Below, in pieces: positions 47,496 to 57,100 of a stretch of DNA of 64,000 nt (within the stretch, counting starts at the first letter, position 1; every line of letters begins with the position of its first letter). The position numbers were made by a program, and so were the translations under genes. The notes beneath the pieces were generated by a model. The model searched no databases. It saw only the letters and a program-made list of their open reading frames with translations, and was not told the DNA's origin. The stretch is from Alphaproteobacteria bacterium (GTDB lineage Bacteria; Pseudomonadota; Alphaproteobacteria; Rhizobiales; JAKIUO01): assembly GCA_024279115.1 (NCBI GenBank), contig JAJRRW010000068.1, positions 22,860 to 86,859 of the forward strand, given 5' to 3'.

Positions 47496-47757
47496 GCTTA
47501 AAACCTCCAATTTTGCTGTATTGTCCCCCATGCCTTTCTGGCTCGTTCAGGGGGGTATTGATGGAGGCTAGGTTATGGGGATAGGATAAACTGCTACCTA
47601 GGTATCATCAGGAGAGGTAAAATCTGCGACATATACGACCTCGCGCCCCTCACCGGACAATAATCGCTCAACCATGTAACCAATTGTGGCTATGACCTTG
47701 GGTTCCAAGATCATCCAGCTCTAAAATAGCAAGAGAGTAGAAAGCAGATAAAACCAT

Positions 47758-48501
47758 ATGCCGGGACCAGCCGAAATGAACGATAAGTGCACGCAAGTTC
47801 TCAACAGCTCCGACTTGTTCCAATATATCGGCGAGACAACGGTGCTGGAAATGTTGCAAACCTTCAAGCGCGAGACCTGGGCCCGTCGTCGTTCGGTTGC
47901 CGCCCAGGACGTTCAGGACAGATTTCATGTCATCATGTGCGGGCGCTTGCAGATGGTGCGCATTAATGAAGACACCGGGCGCATGGTGACCCTGCTTTTG
48001 CTTGGCCCAGGGGACTGTTTCGATATTTTGCAATTGCTCAACGGGCAACCCTTTGATGGTATGCTTGAAGCCCGCGATGAACTGCAACTATTGAGCCTTC
48101 CCATGGAGGAGGCGCGCCAATGGATTTCCGCTCACCCCGATTTCAACCGCGCCTTTCTTGCCTATCTTGGCAAACAGATGCACGCTCTGGCCAGTCTTGC
48201 CGGCGATCTGGCCCTGCACGATACAGAGACACGGCTGGCCAAATTGCTGCTGCGCCATCTCGATCCACTTGACCCTGGACACAACAAGATCTCCCTTATC
48301 AATGACCTCTCCCATGAAGCCATTGCCGAAATGATCGGTTCGGTGCGCGCCGTCGTCAATCGCCAACTGCAACATTGGCGCAAAAAGGGCATTGTCAGCC
48401 TCGATCACGGCCATATTCACATCGAAAAACTGGAAAGCCTGCTGGAGCGTACTCATCAGCACCTGCTGCCCCCCCCTGGCCTCAACCAACGGGACGACTA
48501 A
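47758..48501 (+). CDS. Crp/Fnr-family transcriptional regulator
   Basis: cNMP-binding-like N-domain and a C-terminal HTH (SHEAIAEMIGSVRAVVNRQLQHWRKKGIV). No N-terminal Fnr-type Cys cluster was seen. Confidence 0.85.
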   Translation: MPGPAEMNDKCTQVLNSSDLFQYIGETTVLEMLQTFKRETWARRRSVAAQDVQDRFHVIMCGRLQMVRINEDTGRMVTLLLLGPGDCFDILQLLNGQPFDGMLEARDELQLLSLPMEEARQWISAHPDFNRAFLAYLGKQMHALASLAGDLALHDTETRLAKLLLRHLDPLDPGHNKISLINDLSHEAIAEMIGSVRAVVNRQLQHWRKKGIVSLDHGHIHIEKLESLLERTHQHLLPPPGLNQRDD

Positions 48502-48504
48502 TTT

Positions 48505-49809
48505 ATGCATCAATCTGGAAAAACCGTTTCTTTCTGGTCGGCGGTGGCCATGGGCATCGGAGCCATGGTCGGGGCTGGCATTTTCGCGCTGCTCGGGCAG
48601 GCCGGACAGATTGCTGGAAGTGCCGTGTGGATGAGCTTTGCTGCTGGTGGTGGCATTGCGCTTTTGTCGGGCTATTCCATGGGCAAGCTGGGGGCACGTT
48701 TTCCCTCAAGCGGCGGGCTTGTTGAATATCTGGTGCAGGGCTATGGCGAGGGAGTATTTTCCGGCACCATCAGTGTGTTGATGTATATGTCGGCACTGGT
48801 CTCGGTGTCGCTGATCGCCCGCACTTTTGGCACATACGCCTATGAACTGCTGCCTGCGGGGCAGCCGCGCGTCTTTGTCGAAATCTTTGCCGCCGGGATC
48901 GTATTGCTGTTCATGTTGATCAATCTGCGTGGCCCGGGCTCCATGGCGCGGATTGAAAATCTGGTGGTGCTGGTGAAAATGCTGGCGCTTGGTATCTTTG
49001 CCATCGCAGGAATGGTCGCCATGGACCCCGCAAGACTTTCCCCGGACCACTATCCCCCGGTCAATATGGTATTTTTCTCTTTGGCCATCACGTTTTTTGC
49101 CTATGAAGGCTTTCGCATCATTACCAATGCGGCAGAAGATATGCCCGATCCGGCACGCACGCTGCCGCGCGCCATCCTGACCTCGATTGCTATTGTCATG
49201 GTGCTTTATGTCGCCGTGGCATTTGCGGTGTTTGGCAATCTGTCCGCCGATGAGGTCATCAAAGCGCAGGATTATGCCTTGGCGGAAGCAGCTCGCCCGG
49301 TGTTTGGAGCCGCCGGTTTCACAATCATGGCACTAACGGCGCTATTATCCACCTCCTCCGCCATTAATGCCAGCCTCTATGCTGTCACCAATGTCACTTA
49401 TCAGTTGGCACGTCTTGGAGAATTGCCGCATGTTTTTGGCAAGCCCATTGCTCATTCCCGCGAGGGACTGATAATCAGTTCGGCAGCCATCATGACCATG
49501 GCGGTGCTCTTTGATCTGTCGTCAATCGCCGCCATCGGCGCCATATCGACGCTGATCATTCATATGATCGTCCATATCGGTCATCTGCGCCTGATCAAAA
49601 AAACCGGTGCATCGCTGTGGCTGGTGCTGGCGGCTATCGGTGTCAATTTTGGCGCCATACCCCTGTCGGCGATTTTTTTGTATGGCAAACAGCCCAGCAT
49701 CCTGGTCTGGATTATTGGGTTTTTCCTGGCCGCTTTCGCACTTGAGATCATGCTGCGGGTTGTCACCGGCCGCGTCATCGTCAAACGCATCCATAATCAT
49801 GCAGAGTGA
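48505..49809 (+). CDS. APC-superfamily permease (paralog of 44513..45811)
   Basis: VAMGIGAMVGAGIFALLG motif. Starts 3 nt after the regulator's stop. Confidence 0.85.
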   Translation: MHQSGKTVSFWSAVAMGIGAMVGAGIFALLGQAGQIAGSAVWMSFAAGGGIALLSGYSMGKLGARFPSSGGLVEYLVQGYGEGVFSGTISVLMYMSALVSVSLIARTFGTYAYELLPAGQPRVFVEIFAAGIVLLFMLINLRGPGSMARIENLVVLVKMLALGIFAIAGMVAMDPARLSPDHYPPVNMVFFSLAITFFAYEGFRIITNAAEDMPDPARTLPRAILTSIAIVMVLYVAVAFAVFGNLSADEVIKAQDYALAEAARPVFGAAGFTIMALTALLSTSSAINASLYAVTNVTYQLARLGELPHVFGKPIAHSREGLIISSAAIMTMAVLFDLSSIAAIGAISTLIIHMIVHIGHLRLIKKTGASLWLVLAAIGVNFGAIPLSAIFLYGKQPSILVWIIGFFLAAFALEIMLRVVTGRVIVKRIHNHAE

Positions 49810-50013
49810 TACCCAGGTAGCAGAACTCCCGTTTCCCTTGGGGTAAAATGACGTTCAGGTGCAGGTCAGCAAAGACCAAACTCCGACCGGCCCCGTTGTA
49901 AATTCCGCTGGAACGAGAGGACTGACACCATGGCAGACGATATGACAATCATCGGTTTTGACAGCGATATCGCCCACCGGTTCTAGAAAGCGACGCTTGC
50001 CACGGGCATCATC

Positions 50014-50493
50014 ATGGTTGTTCTTGGACTTGCGGGAATAATCGTGCCGCAAATCATATCGCTGATCGTCAATTTTTTTCTCGGCTGGCTGTTGATTGTG
50101 GCCGGGCTGCTTTCGCTTTATGTGATCCATCTAAGCCGCTGGCGCTCTGCGATGACATGGCTAAAGGCTATCCTTTTGCTGGTCACAGGGGGATTGCTAT
50201 TGTTTGACCCAAAGGCAGGAATAGCCGCCCTGGCGCTGCTATTGACCTTCTATTTACTGCTCGATGCCGTCGCCAATTTTGGCTTTGCCTATGATTATCA
50301 TCCGCTAAAGGGCTGGGGCTGGATCGTCTTCAACGGTCTTGGTTCGGCGTTACTGGCAGGGATGGTGATGATTGGCTGGCCTCAAACCTCGGCCCTGCTC
50401 CTTGGCATCTATGTCGGGGTCTCTTTGCTACTCGATGGACTGGTCCTGATTTTCATGAGCCTTGGCGCCAGACCGCCCAGTCACCCACTTTAA
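50014..50493 (+). CDS. HdeD/DUF308-family membrane protein (upstream part cut off by an in-frame TAG)
   Basis: Repeated GxxxxxxG-rich TM helices of DUF308. The same frame is open from the ATG at 49930 except for TAG at 49984-49986. Confidence 0.7.
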   Translation: MVVLGLAGIIVPQIISLIVNFFLGWLLIVAGLLSLYVIHLSRWRSAMTWLKAILLLVTGGLLLFDPKAGIAALALLLTFYLLLDAVANFGFAYDYHPLKGWGWIVFNGLGSALLAGMVMIGWPQTSALLLGIYVGVSLLLDGLVLIFMSLGARPPSHPL

Positions 50494-50559
50494 GTCACAA
50501 CCAAATCAACAACGGGCCTATCGAGCCTATTCTGGTTTTCATTTCAAGGAGTTGATATT

Positions 50560-50949
50560 ATGTTTGAAATACTTCCTCTAAGCACAGGAGCGCTGCTCGC
50601 CGTCAGGGCCAGCGGCAAAATCAGTGTTGAAGATTATGAAAAGACCCTGTTTCCAAAACTTGACGAGCTGTTCGCCACCCACGAAAAGCTGAACATTTTA
50701 ATTCAGTTCGATGAAAATTTTGCAGGCTGGTCATCCCCGCAAGCGGCCATAGACGATGCCAAAATAGGTTTCGAGCACCCCAATGGCTTTGACAAGATTG
50801 CCCTTGTTGGGGCTCCCCAATGGTTTGAATGGGGTATGAAACTTTACAGCTTGTTCGTGAGCGGCCAATTGCGCTCATTCCCTGCCGGGGGACGTGAGGA
50901 CGCTATCAACTGGGTTCAAGACACCAGCAGCAAGGAGCCTTTGTCATGA
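50560..50949 (+). CDS. SpoIIAA-like/STAS (DUF3478) protein
   Basis: RBS aaggag. VRASGKISVEDYEK..L..KLNILIQFDENFAGW pattern of the DUF3478 family. Confidence 0.65.
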   Translation: MFEILPLSTGALLAVRASGKISVEDYEKTLFPKLDELFATHEKLNILIQFDENFAGWSSPQAAIDDAKIGFEHPNGFDKIALVGAPQWFEWGMKLYSLFVSGQLRSFPAGGREDAINWVQDTSSKEPLS

Positions 50950-51475
50950 GTGAAAAAATACTGGTGGCAGTGGATGGCTCGCAGCACACAAAAAAAACAC
51001 TCGCCAAGGCAATCGAGCTAGCGCATAAAGATCAGGCAGAGCTGATTATAATTCATGTCAGCACACCCCATTTTTGACCGAGGAAGAGCTGCAATATGCG
51101 AACGAGCGATGTGGCGAAAAATGCAGGCACCTTGTTGGCGGAGACTTTCTTCCAGCCTTTCCGACCGACCATGAATCCGAACGAAAATATATTGACGACT
51201 ATGAAAGAGCACGGGCGATCTTTAAAAAGCTTTATGGTGAACACACGATCAGTCAGGCCAAGGAACAGGCAGAAATGGCCGGCATTACAACGGTCCGCTC
51301 CCTCATCAAAGAAGGCGATGTCGCCAAGACTGTGCTTGATATTGCTCAAAAAGAACAGGTCGATCTGATCATTGTCGGGCGGCGCGGGCATGGGCGGGTC
51401 GCGACGTTTTTTCTCGGCAGCGTCGCCCACAAAATTATTCAATATGCCGACCGCTCGGTGCTGATGGTAGACTAA
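50946..51475 (+). pseudogene. Universal stress protein (UspA family) with a frameshift
   Basis: The N-part MSEKILVAVDGSQHTKKTLAKAIELAHKDQAELIIIHVSTPHF stops at 51075-51077. The C-part (…VDLIIVGRRGHGRVATFFLGSVAHKIIQYADRSVLMV) continues in another frame that is open from 51029. The shift lies near the CCCC/TTTTT runs at 51066-51075. Confidence 0.7.
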
Positions 51476-51518
51476 GCTGCCAGTGTCTTTGATCTTCAAC
51501 ACAAGTAGGCGATAACGT

Positions 51519-52478
51519 ATGGAATACAAAGACTATTATGGCGTTCTTGATGTCAAAAAGGATGCCACGCAGGCCGAGATAAAAAGTGCTTACAGGAAAC
51601 TTGCGCGGCAATATCATCCTGACCTCAACAAGGACGAAGGGGCGGAAGACAAGTTCAAGGAAATCGGTGAAGCGCATGAGATTTTGAAAGACCCCGAAAA
51701 GCGGGCCGCCTATGATCAGCTTGGTAGCGGCTATCAACCTGGACAAGATTTCACGCCGCCGCCAAACTGGGATGCTGGCTTTGAATATTCGGGAGGTTCC
51801 CCGGATATGGGAGCCGCTGGCGCGCGAGACAGCACAGCCTATTCTGAATTCTTTGAAGACCTGTTTGGGCAGGCAATGCGGGAAAAACGGGCGCAGCAAG
51901 CTCAGTTCCACACAAAAGGTCAAGATCATCACGCTAAAATACTGGTTGATCTCGACGATGTTTTTACGGGTGCCAAACGAGCCATCCAGCTGCAGGTTCC
52001 CAAGGTCACAGCCGACGGCCATGTGATCACCGAGCAGCGCACCCTCAATGTCAATATTCCCAAAGGCCTGCGTGCTGGACAACATATCCGCCTCAAGGGA
52101 CAAGGAACACCCGGGCTTGGCAAAGGGGAAGCGGGGGATCTGTATCTCGAAGTCAGCTTCAAACCCCATCCCCATTACCGGGCGCAAGGGCACGATTTAT
52201 ATCTCGACCTTCCTGTCGCCCCGTGGGAAGCGGCGCTTGGCGGCAAGGTCAAAGCCCCAACGCCTGGCGGATCGGTGGATGTGACCATCCCTGCCAACTC
52301 CTCGGGGGGTAAAAAAATGCGCCTGAAGGGGCGCGGAATTCCAGGCAAAACGCCGGGCGATCTATATATTACCTTACAAATTTCCCTGCCGCCTGCCAGC
52401 GATGACAAGGCGAAAAAACTGTACGAAAAAATGGCCGAGGAACTGGCCTTCAATCCACGCGCCAAGCTTGGTGTCTAG
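51519..52478 (+). CDS. cbpA: Curved-DNA-binding DnaJ-like co-chaperone
   Basis: J-domain DYYGVLDV..YRKLARQYHPDLNK without the zinc-finger region, followed by a cbpM-like gene. Confidence 0.9.
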   Translation: MEYKDYYGVLDVKKDATQAEIKSAYRKLARQYHPDLNKDEGAEDKFKEIGEAHEILKDPEKRAAYDQLGSGYQPGQDFTPPPNWDAGFEYSGGSPDMGAAGARDSTAYSEFFEDLFGQAMREKRAQQAQFHTKGQDHHAKILVDLDDVFTGAKRAIQLQVPKVTADGHVITEQRTLNVNIPKGLRAGQHIRLKGQGTPGLGKGEAGDLYLEVSFKPHPHYRAQGHDLYLDLPVAPWEAALGGKVKAPTPGGSVDVTIPANSSGGKKMRLKGRGIPGKTPGDLYITLQISLPPASDDKAKKLYEKMAEELAFNPRAKLGV

Positions 52479-52497
52479 CTTAAACCGGAGAATTATC

Positions 52498-52833
52498 ATG
52501 CCAGATCGGAAACAACCGGCAGCTTTGGGGGATCTCGTCACCACAAAGCCAGAGCTTACGCTGGCTGAGTTATGTCAAAGCTGTAACCTGTCCAAAGAGT
52601 TGATCACGACTTATGTCGAAGAAGGAATTGTTGAACCGCAAGGTCTGGACAAGACGCAATGGCGTTTTTCCCGTATCGCTTTGATTGAAGTGCGCCGGGC
52701 CTGCAGGCTTGAGCGTGACCTTGGCCTCAATGCGGCGGGGGTAGCGCTGGCTCTGCGTTTGATGGACGAAATTGAGGAGCTGAAGCGCCAACTCGTCCAC
52801 TATGAGCGCCCCGGCATTGGTGATGATTTATAG
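52498..52833 (+). CDS. cbpM: Chaperone modulatory protein CbpM (MerR-like)
   Basis: The ATG at 52498 follows ggag. Its position after cbpA and its size fit CbpM. The track ORF starts earlier, inside cbpA. Confidence 0.7.
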   Translation: MPDRKQPAALGDLVTTKPELTLAELCQSCNLSKELITTYVEEGIVEPQGLDKTQWRFSRIALIEVRRACRLERDLGLNAAGVALALRLMDEIEELKRQLVHYERPGIGDDL

Positions 52834-52857
52834 TATGCGGGCCAAAACCGCACAAAA

Positions 52858-54387
52858 TCAGGCCTGATAGGCGCTCTGATATTGCTCGCGCAACTGGTTT
52901 TTCTGAATTTTTCCCATTTTATTGCGGGGCAAGGCACCCACGAAACACACGCGTTTGGGCAATTTATAATTCGCCAAATCACGTTCAAGCGTCGTGCGAA
53001 TATCATCGACACCAGGCGCGCTTTCCGCCTCGGTCACCACAACCGCTGTCACCCCTTCGCCAAAGTCAGGGTGCGGCACGCCGATCACCGCGCTTTCACT
53101 GATACCCTTGATGGCATCAAGGGCATTTTCCACTTCGGCAGGGTAAATATTGAAGCCGCCTGAAATGATCAAGTCCTTGTTGCGACCAACAATCGACAGA
53201 TAGCCGCGCTCATCTATAAAGCCCAGATCTCCCGAAATGAAAAATCCATCCTCGCGAAATTCCTGTTGGGTTTTCTCGGGCATGCGCCAATAGCCTTTAA
53301 AAATATTGGGACCCCGGATTTCGATGACGCCAACTTCATTGGCGGCCAGAATATCGCCGCTTTCAATGTCGGCAATGCGGATGTCAATGTCTGGTAGCGC
53401 AAAGCCAACCGTGCTGGCCCGGCGCTCTCCCTCAAACGGGTTTGAGGTGTTCATGCTGGTCTCGGTCATTCCGTATCGCTCTAGAATGGCGTGACCGGTT
53501 TGTTGTTCGAACTGTTTATGCGTTTGGGGGGACAAGGGAGCTGACCCCGAGATGAAAACGCGCATATGAGACACGAGATCACGGGTTAATCTTGGCGACC
53601 CCAACAAGCGCGAATAAAAAGTCGGCACTCCCATCATGCAAGTGGCGCGCGGCAAAGCATCAAGTACATCATCAACATCAAAGCGGTTCTGGAAAATCAT
53701 CGAGCCGCCCGAGTTCAAAACGGTATTTGTCGCCACAAACAGACCATGCGTATGAAATATGGGCAAGGCATGCAGCCACACATCCGCACTCGTAAACTGC
53801 CAGCAATCCACCAGCGCTTGCGCATTGGAAGACAGGTTCTTATGGGTCAGCATCGCGCCTTTTGAACGCCCGGTGGTCCCCGAGGTATAAAGGATCGCCG
53901 CCAGATCATCTTCTTCGCGGTGCAAATCTTCAAAATCCGTTGCAGCCCTATTGGCCATGGCGATAAGCGTGCCCGCCCCTTCTTGCTCGAATGTCTCAAC
54001 CCTGCCCAGCCCGTTGCTTGCCACGATCTGCTCCAGGGCCGCTTGTCTGGTCGAGACGCAAACAACCAGCACAGGCTCGGCATCCGTGATAAAATAGGAC
54101 AGCTCTTTATCCTTGTATCCCATATTGAGAGGCAGGAACACAGCTCCGGCGCGCAGACAGCCCAGATATAAAAACAAGGCATCGGCGGTTTTTTCGACCT
54201 GGGCCGCAACCCTGTCCCCCGGCTTTGTGCCAAGCGATACAAGCGCATTGGCAAATTGCGCCGAACGCTTCAACATACCGCCATAGCTGATCACCTGACC
54301 ATCGGGCAGTTCCAGAAAAGGCGCGTCAGCGTTGCTGATTGCACGGCGAAAAATTGCGAACAGATTATGATTTTGTGAGTTCGTCAC
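52858..54387 (-). CDS. matB: Malonyl-CoA synthetase (AMP-forming acyl-CoA ligase)
   Basis: GDRVAAQVEKTADALFLYLGCLRAGAVFLPLN closely resembles rhizobial MatB. AMP-binding motif YTSGTTGRSKG. Overlaps the matA stop. Confidence 0.8.
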   Translation of the reverse strand: MTNSQNHNLFAIFRRAISNADAPFLELPDGQVISYGGMLKRSAQFANALVSLGTKPGDRVAAQVEKTADALFLYLGCLRAGAVFLPLNMGYKDKELSYFITDAEPVLVVCVSTRQAALEQIVASNGLGRVETFEQEGAGTLIAMANRAATDFEDLHREEDDLAAILYTSGTTGRSKGAMLTHKNLSSNAQALVDCWQFTSADVWLHALPIFHTHGLFVATNTVLNSGGSMIFQNRFDVDDVLDALPRATCMMGVPTFYSRLLGSPRLTRDLVSHMRVFISGSAPLSPQTHKQFEQQTGHAILERYGMTETSMNTSNPFEGERRASTVGFALPDIDIRIADIESGDILAANEVGVIEIRGPNIFKGYWRMPEKTQQEFREDGFFISGDLGFIDERGYLSIVGRNKDLIISGGFNIYPAEVENALDAIKGISESAVIGVPHPDFGEGVTAVVVTEAESAPGVDDIRTTLERDLANYKLPKRVCFVGALPRNKMGKIQKNQLREQYQSAYQA

Positions 54388-55754
54388 GATACTTTCTCCA
54401 CGATTTGGAATGAAGAAGACCCTTTGGCCATTCGCGAAATCGAACTGGCTGCACGCACCATGCCCTCATTGGCAAACGCCTCATGATTATTTTCGATCTC
54501 GTCGAGATCGTAAAGATAATTGACCATAATCCCTGCGGATTGGCCAAAGCTTTTTGCGGAGTGATCGGCCAGCCAGTTAATGCGCTCCAGACGCGCCCCA
54601 TTTCCCAGATGAAAACGGGCCACCGGATCATAGGGTTTTTGATGCCGATCCTTGGCATGAAGGAAATACCAGGCGCAAAGCGGCACAAGTATATCTTGCA
54701 GAACCTGTTGCTGGTCCTCGCTGGCAGGCCAGCCATGGGCCAATAGATCCTCGATGACAAGCAACTGCTCGTCTGGTAATTCTGGAGCGGCTTGCGGCTC
54801 CCTCCCCCGATTGTCTTGGGCCAGCTGTCGCAGCCAGCGCAAAAAACCCGGCACCGGTGAGAGCGTTACAAATTGCTCCAGTTGAGGAAGCTCGCGCAGC
54901 AGTTCTTGCGCGACTTGTTTAATCAAAAAACTGCCAAAGGAAATCCCTGACAGCCCTTGTTGGCAATTACTGATGGAATAAAAGGTCGCCAATCTGGCGT
55001 GCCTGTCTTTGGTGATTTCGCGCTTGGGGGCAATCACCGGTTCAATCGCGTCCGGAATATCTTTCCCCAGCGCAACCTCCACAAAAATCAACGGCTCTTC
55101 GGCAAGGGCTGGATGAAAAAATGCATAGCAGCGACGGTCCGTTGGCTCGATACGCTGGCGCAATTCTTCCCAACTGGCGATCTCATGCACCGCTTCATAT
55201 TTGATGATTTTCTCAAGCACAGATGCGGGCGTCGACCAGGTAATACGCTTCAAAACCAGAAAGCCACGATTGAACCAGGAATGAAACAGATGGTGCAGGT
55301 CGGCATCGACCTCGCCAAGACGAGGATTTTTTCCCAGGCGCTTCAACAACTCTTCTCGCAGGCGCACCAGTTTTATAGTGCCCTGCGGGGCCTGATTGAG
55401 GCGGCGAAACAGTTCTTGTCTTTGTGGCTCGGCTTTTACGTGCAGCTCCAGGACCGCCTCCACCGTTGCTGTGTCCCCAATATCGGCAATGATTTCATTG
55501 ACGCTTTTGAGGTCCGGCCCAAACTGCTTCGCAAGAATATCGAAAAAAGCATCAAGTTCTAGGGCGTCCATGTCCTCATAGACCGAAAAAAAATCACTGG
55601 CCAGGGCAATGCCAGAGGCTTCTCCTTTTTGCGACAGCAACGCCTTGGCGATTGTTTGCAGATCTTTTGGTTCTGGCGACACCTGATGCACATCGACAAA
55701 GCTGCGCCCCCGTTCAGAGATTGCCACAATAAGATCGCTGAAAAAACTGGTCAT
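54384..55754 (-). CDS. matA: Malonyl-CoA decarboxylase
   Basis: MCD-family motifs (FYSISNCQQGLSGISFGSFLIK, RFHLGNGA). Confidence 0.85.
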   Translation of the reverse strand: MTSFFSDLIVAISERGRSFVDVHQVSPEPKDLQTIAKALLSQKGEASGIALASDFFSVYEDMDALELDAFFDILAKQFGPDLKSVNEIIADIGDTATVEAVLELHVKAEPQRQELFRRLNQAPQGTIKLVRLREELLKRLGKNPRLGEVDADLHHLFHSWFNRGFLVLKRITWSTPASVLEKIIKYEAVHEIASWEELRQRIEPTDRRCYAFFHPALAEEPLIFVEVALGKDIPDAIEPVIAPKREITKDRHARLATFYSISNCQQGLSGISFGSFLIKQVAQELLRELPQLEQFVTLSPVPGFLRWLRQLAQDNRGREPQAAPELPDEQLLVIEDLLAHGWPASEDQQQVLQDILVPLCAWYFLHAKDRHQKPYDPVARFHLGNGARLERINWLADHSAKSFGQSAGIMVNYLYDLDEIENNHEAFANEGMVRAASSISRMAKGSSSFQIVEKVS

Positions 55755-57100
55755 ACCACCACCGGTCCCATCAGGTAATTGGGCAGCCAGGTGGCTATGC
55801 CGGGGAACAGGCAGAGCAACAAGATGCCAATCACCATACAGATCATGAAGGGCAGCGCCCCCTTGAGAATGGTTTGCAAGGAAATGTCAGGGGCAATGGA
55901 GTTGATCACGTATAAATTAAGCCCGACCGGCGGCGTGATGAGGCCAATTTCCATATTGATGGTGAACATGACAGCGAACCAATAGGGGTCGAAGCCGGCC
56001 TGAATGACGATCGGCAACAATATCGGTGCCGTCATCAAAATCACCGCCACCGGCGGCAGGAAGAAACCAGCAACCAGCAAAAAGAAATTGATGGCCAGGA
56101 TCAGCACCCATTTATTGAGCCCGGCGGATGCTATCGCCTCGGCAGCGGCCTGGGTGATATAAAAAGACGACAACATCTGCGAGAAAAGCGCCGCGCAGCC
56201 AATGATCGTCAAGATCATCACGCTTTCTTTCATCGATGTCGATAAAATCGCCCACAGGTCGCGCGGTTTCCACATGCGATAAATGATGATGGCGAGCAAG
56301 ATACAAAATGCGGCGCCAACGCCAGCCGCTTCAGACGGCGTCGCAACACCGCCATACAGCACCCAAAGCACCCCGACAATGATCGAAATAAAGGGCAGCA
56401 CGCGGGGCAGAATGGTAAAACGGTCTTTCCATGTCACCTGCCGGTGATTGGAAAAATTATAGCCCGATTTCCAGGCCGTATAGAGCGACCATGCCATAAA
56501 CAGCAAAGTCAGCATGAGCCCGGGGATCAATCCAGCAAGAAACAATCGCCCGATGGAGGTTTCGGTGGCAATGCCATAGACGATCATGGTGATGGATGGA
56601 GGAATGAGAATACCAAGCGTTCCCCCCGCCGCAATCGCGCCGGTGGCCAGCCCATCAGGATAGCCCCGCTTGCGCATCTCGGGAATACCCATTTTACCAA
56701 TCGCTGCGCAGGTCGCGGGGGACGACCCCGAGAGCGCGGCAAAGATCGAGCAGGCACCAATATTGGATATGATCAACCCGCCAGGCAAGCGATTGAGCCA
56801 GCGGTCTAGCGCTTCATACAGATCCTTGCCAGCCGGAGAGGCGGCAACCGCCGCTCCCATGACGATAAACATGGGGATCGACAGCAGCGTAAATTCGGCC
56901 AGTCCGGCGAAATAATTATCCGCCAGAGTTGATATGGCGAGGGGGCCCTTGAACGCCACAAAAAAAATGACAGCCGTAACGGCCAACGTAAAGGCCACAG
57001 GAAGACCAAGAGCCAGAAGAATAAAAACAGTCAGACAAATCAGCAGGCCAATCGCACCCGTACCCATATCAATGTTCCCTTTTGTGTGTGAGGCCTTCAT
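55751..57100 (-). CDS. dctM: TRAP transporter large permease (mat-cluster, MatM-like)
   Basis: 449-aa polytopic DctM-type sequence. Overlaps the matA start. Confidence 0.9.
   Translation of the reverse strand: MKASHTKGNIDMGTGAIGLLICLTVFILLALGLPVAFTLAVTAVIFFVAFKGPLAISTLADNYFAGLAEFTLLSIPMFIVMGAAVAASPAGKDLYEALDRWLNRLPGGLIISNIGACSIFAALSGSSPATCAAIGKMGIPEMRKRGYPDGLATGAIAAGGTLGILIPPSITMIVYGIATETSIGRLFLAGLIPGLMLTLLFMAWSLYTAWKSGYNFSNHRQVTWKDRFTILPRVLPFISIIVGVLWVLYGGVATPSEAAGVGAAFCILLAIIIYRMWKPRDLWAILSTSMKESVMILTIIGCAALFSQMLSSFYITQAAAEAIASAGLNKWVLILAINFFLLVAGFFLPPVAVILMTAPILLPIVIQAGFDPYWFAVMFTINMEIGLITPPVGLNLYVINSIAPDISLQTILKGALPFMICMVIGILLLCLFPGIATWLPNYLMGPVVV

Noticed and set aside
7995-51077. Stop-codon reassignment or programmed recoding as an explanation for the in-frame TAA (7995), TAG (49984) and the USP frameshift
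   Set aside because: TAA, TAG and TGA all terminate well-conserved genes at the expected lengths throughout the window. No SECIS-like or slippery-heptamer context was recognised. Mutation or sequencing error is the simpler explanation.
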